From Pavona decussata (lineage: Eukaryota): a stretch of 64,000 nucleotides of DNA. Made by a program: the position numbers and the translations under genes. This document shows positions 61,678-64,000 of the stretch, one piece after another. The stretch lies in contig CDRNST010000025.1 in NCBI GenBank assembly GCA_977016875.1, positions 372,001-436,000 on the forward strand. The letters are read 5' to 3'. The notes under the pieces were generated by a model. The model made no database searches and was not told the origin of the DNA. It was given only the letters and a program-made list of their open reading frames with translations. Positions within the stretch are counted from its first letter, which is position 1, and the number at the start of each line of letters is the position of its first letter.

Positions 61678-62673
61678 ATGACGGTTCCACCGAACGGATG
61701 AACCAATCACAGCAGCCCACTTCCTTATTTGGCATGCCTCGTGCCTGATGTTTCCATGGAAACTCAGAAAAAGTCCGATTCATCAGCAACTCAGTCGTTT
61801 TCCTTCCTCTGGACCTGACGTTGGCAGTCTTGTCTTTCTTCAGCAACCTCTTGTTCCTGTTTGCCGTGGCGCGAATAAAAACTCAGCAACATCCTTCGCT
61901 CATACTTTTTTGTAGTCTATCAGCCACCGACTTTATTTGGGCGATGTTTGGCTTATACAGCGGGATCAAGAAATCCCTTCATGTACATCTGTGCCCTCCA
62001 AAACTAAAGGAAGAAATTTACTGCACTATTTTCTGCGTTCTTGCAACCCTTAGTAACCTGGCCGTCAATAGTAAAGACCGCTGCGCGCCGTCAACAGGCC
62101 TCTCTGGTATCTAGGTCACATTACCAGGTCACGTGCTATAATGGAAGCCATTACCAGCTGGCTAACGAGTGTGACGTTAGTGTTAGTCATTTTTTTGGTG
62201 GAAAAATTTCAACCTGAGATTAAAATCAAAACCATCATTGGCGGGCCATTCTGCGCGGCTTACAGCTAAATAATCGTTGTTTATAACTTTGAAATTGTTG
62301 TGACCAACAGAGCTCATCGGAGAAGAATGCCGCAAAGTGGCGCAAGACATGCAGCAGCAGCGCTGAGGAGAGAAAAGAAGGTGGCTAAAACAGTGGCTCT
62401 TAGCGCTGGTGTTTACACGCTTGCCAGCTCTGATTACTCCCAATGTTCTTAATGTACTGGGATACTATAAAAATAAAGCGCCTTTTGAACCATTTTTTAT
62501 GATATTCATTACGTTAAATGGTCTCTTAAACCCGCTTATCAACTTTGCAAGAAATGAAACCCTCCCGGAGATCGTTAGTTGGATTATTTGGATGTCAACG
62601 CCATGTAAGGTTGGTCCCGGGGGCAGCAGAGGGAGACGTACCGACACTAAGAAGGACCAACGCGTTTGCTTAA
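61678..62673 (+). pseudogene. Class A GPCR, C-type copy C3, multiply disrupted
   Basis: ATG 61678, TGA at codon 8 (61699-61701) and several frameshifts. Fragments match C2 (VARIKTQQHPSLILFCSLSATD, NGLLNPLINFARN). Confidence 0.88.
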
Positions 62674-63499
62674 TGATACCGGCCGTGCCTTTAGTGCTGC
62701 AGAAACATAACGCTCAGAAACTCGGCTATTCGTTGATTTATTCTCTATGAGGTGGGACCAACTGGTGAAATTTAAGGCGGAAATGCGACAAAAGTCAGTT
62801 TCAAAAGGGAGAGGTAGAGGTCAGGTAAATATAACGAATTCAAAGAACCTTTTAGTCTTAAAGAAAATTTCAATCGTAGACGGCTGGGATAGACGTTTGA
62901 CCGATCATAGTTGATTCCTTTCCGTTTCCGCCTTTATTTACTTTGTGGGTGAATCGAAACATTTAATTCAGAGGTAGTTGCATGGATAAAACGCCACCAT
63001 CTCGTCCTTCCCTAACGGAGAAAAAATGAACGATCTTTAAATTAAAGGGTAAGATACCTCCCCCCCCCCCCCCCCCACCCCACTTTAGGGTAGCCCCGTA
63101 AATTTGAATGGAATTTTAAGAGGGTTGAAGAAGAGATAAAAGAAAGAAAATGATTTTTAAAACACAAACAGACAGTTGATACCCACGCAAGAGCACTTCA
63201 GGCTGCTAGTGGACTAATTTGGTATTCGTCTATTAATTATTAACCACAAATTCTAATTTTAAAACTTCACAAAATCTTCAATATTTCTTATTTCTCTTAC
63301 TTTTACCAATCTTTCTAGAAAAACTATCTCCTCCCAAATATACCCAAAATTCACCTAAAAATTTACAAAACACCCCACAACATAGATTCACGGGATAAGC
63401 AGAGCGTTTTTGGAATGCTTGAAACGTGAACGAGATATTTCCATTAAATCGATTTTAAGCGGCTTGGAAACGGCTTTCAGGTTTACCCCCGCCTTAAAA

Positions 63500-63506
63500 T
63501 GATGAC

Positions 63507-63554
<48 letters not shown>
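63500..63554 (+). repeat. (GAT)n microsatellite
   Basis: Direct reading. Confidence 0.95.
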
Positions 63555-63895
63555 ACCGACAATACCAAGAGAGAAATGTTTTGACCTTACGTTAAAAATA
63601 ACGGCTGTAATTAGGTAACCGATCTTAGGGGTATCTTTACTTCGAGAATTGCGTCATATGATCTTCACGACGCCACTTTTTTTTTCACTATACTAATAAT
63701 AGTGATGATGCGACTCTTTAAAATTATCTCCCCAATGAGGATTAGCAAAGTTAATTCCTTTGTCCGCTTTCAAAGGAGTATTATTTTTGTTTTACTGGTT
63801 TCCTGTAGTGGACCCCACGCGTCAAATATGTTCATTCAAGTATTGTAATTATTCCCTCGTGTGAATACTGAAAATACGCCTTAATAAACTTAAGA

Positions 63896-63932
63896 TGTTG
63901 TTGTTGTTGTTGTTGTTGTTGTTATTGTTATT
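63896..63932 (+). repeat. (GTT)n microsatellite
   Basis: Direct reading. Similar tracts at ~3097, ~7643 and ~14582. Confidence 0.9.
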
Positions 63933-64000
63933 ATAATTATAAAAGATAGTGAAACAGTAACGGTGATTTCAAAAAGGGTAATTTCTAGGTCCGTAAAACT

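Overview
AT-rich eukaryotic (animal) genomic DNA. The gene families and repeat types point to a cnidarian, most likely a stony coral; this is inference, not a database match. Three zones. (1) 1-26.7 kb: a tandem array of single-exon class A (rhodopsin-like) GPCRs, with five 'A-type' copies on + (three carry a single nonsense codon) and two intact 'B-type' copies on -, built from 5-10 kb duplication units. (2) 28.2-34.3 kb, minus strand: an NLR-like gene of DZIP3-type HEPN + NACHT + WD40 architecture, split into two frames. A canonical 80-nt GT-AG intron would rejoin them, and small 3' exons are predicted. It is followed by about 12 kb of nested transposons. (3) 47.8-62.7 kb: a second GPCR family ('C-type'), with one intact copy and two pseudogenes, two of the three in a tandem ~6-kb duplication. 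Paralogous 'empty sites' define many insertions and target-site duplications (TSDs) exactly: Penelope fragments with hammerhead-ribozyme-like motifs, hAT-like elements with 5/6-bp TSDs, Harbinger and Tc1/mariner MITEs, a 4.9-kb long-TIR element, L1/Tx1, CR1/L2 and RLE LINE remnants, and tRNA-derived SINEs. One 150-N assembly gap. Most notable: the HEPN-NACHT-WD40 gene with its possible frame-rescuing intron, and several hammerhead-like motifs, one in a ~130-bp TSD-flanked mini-insertion.
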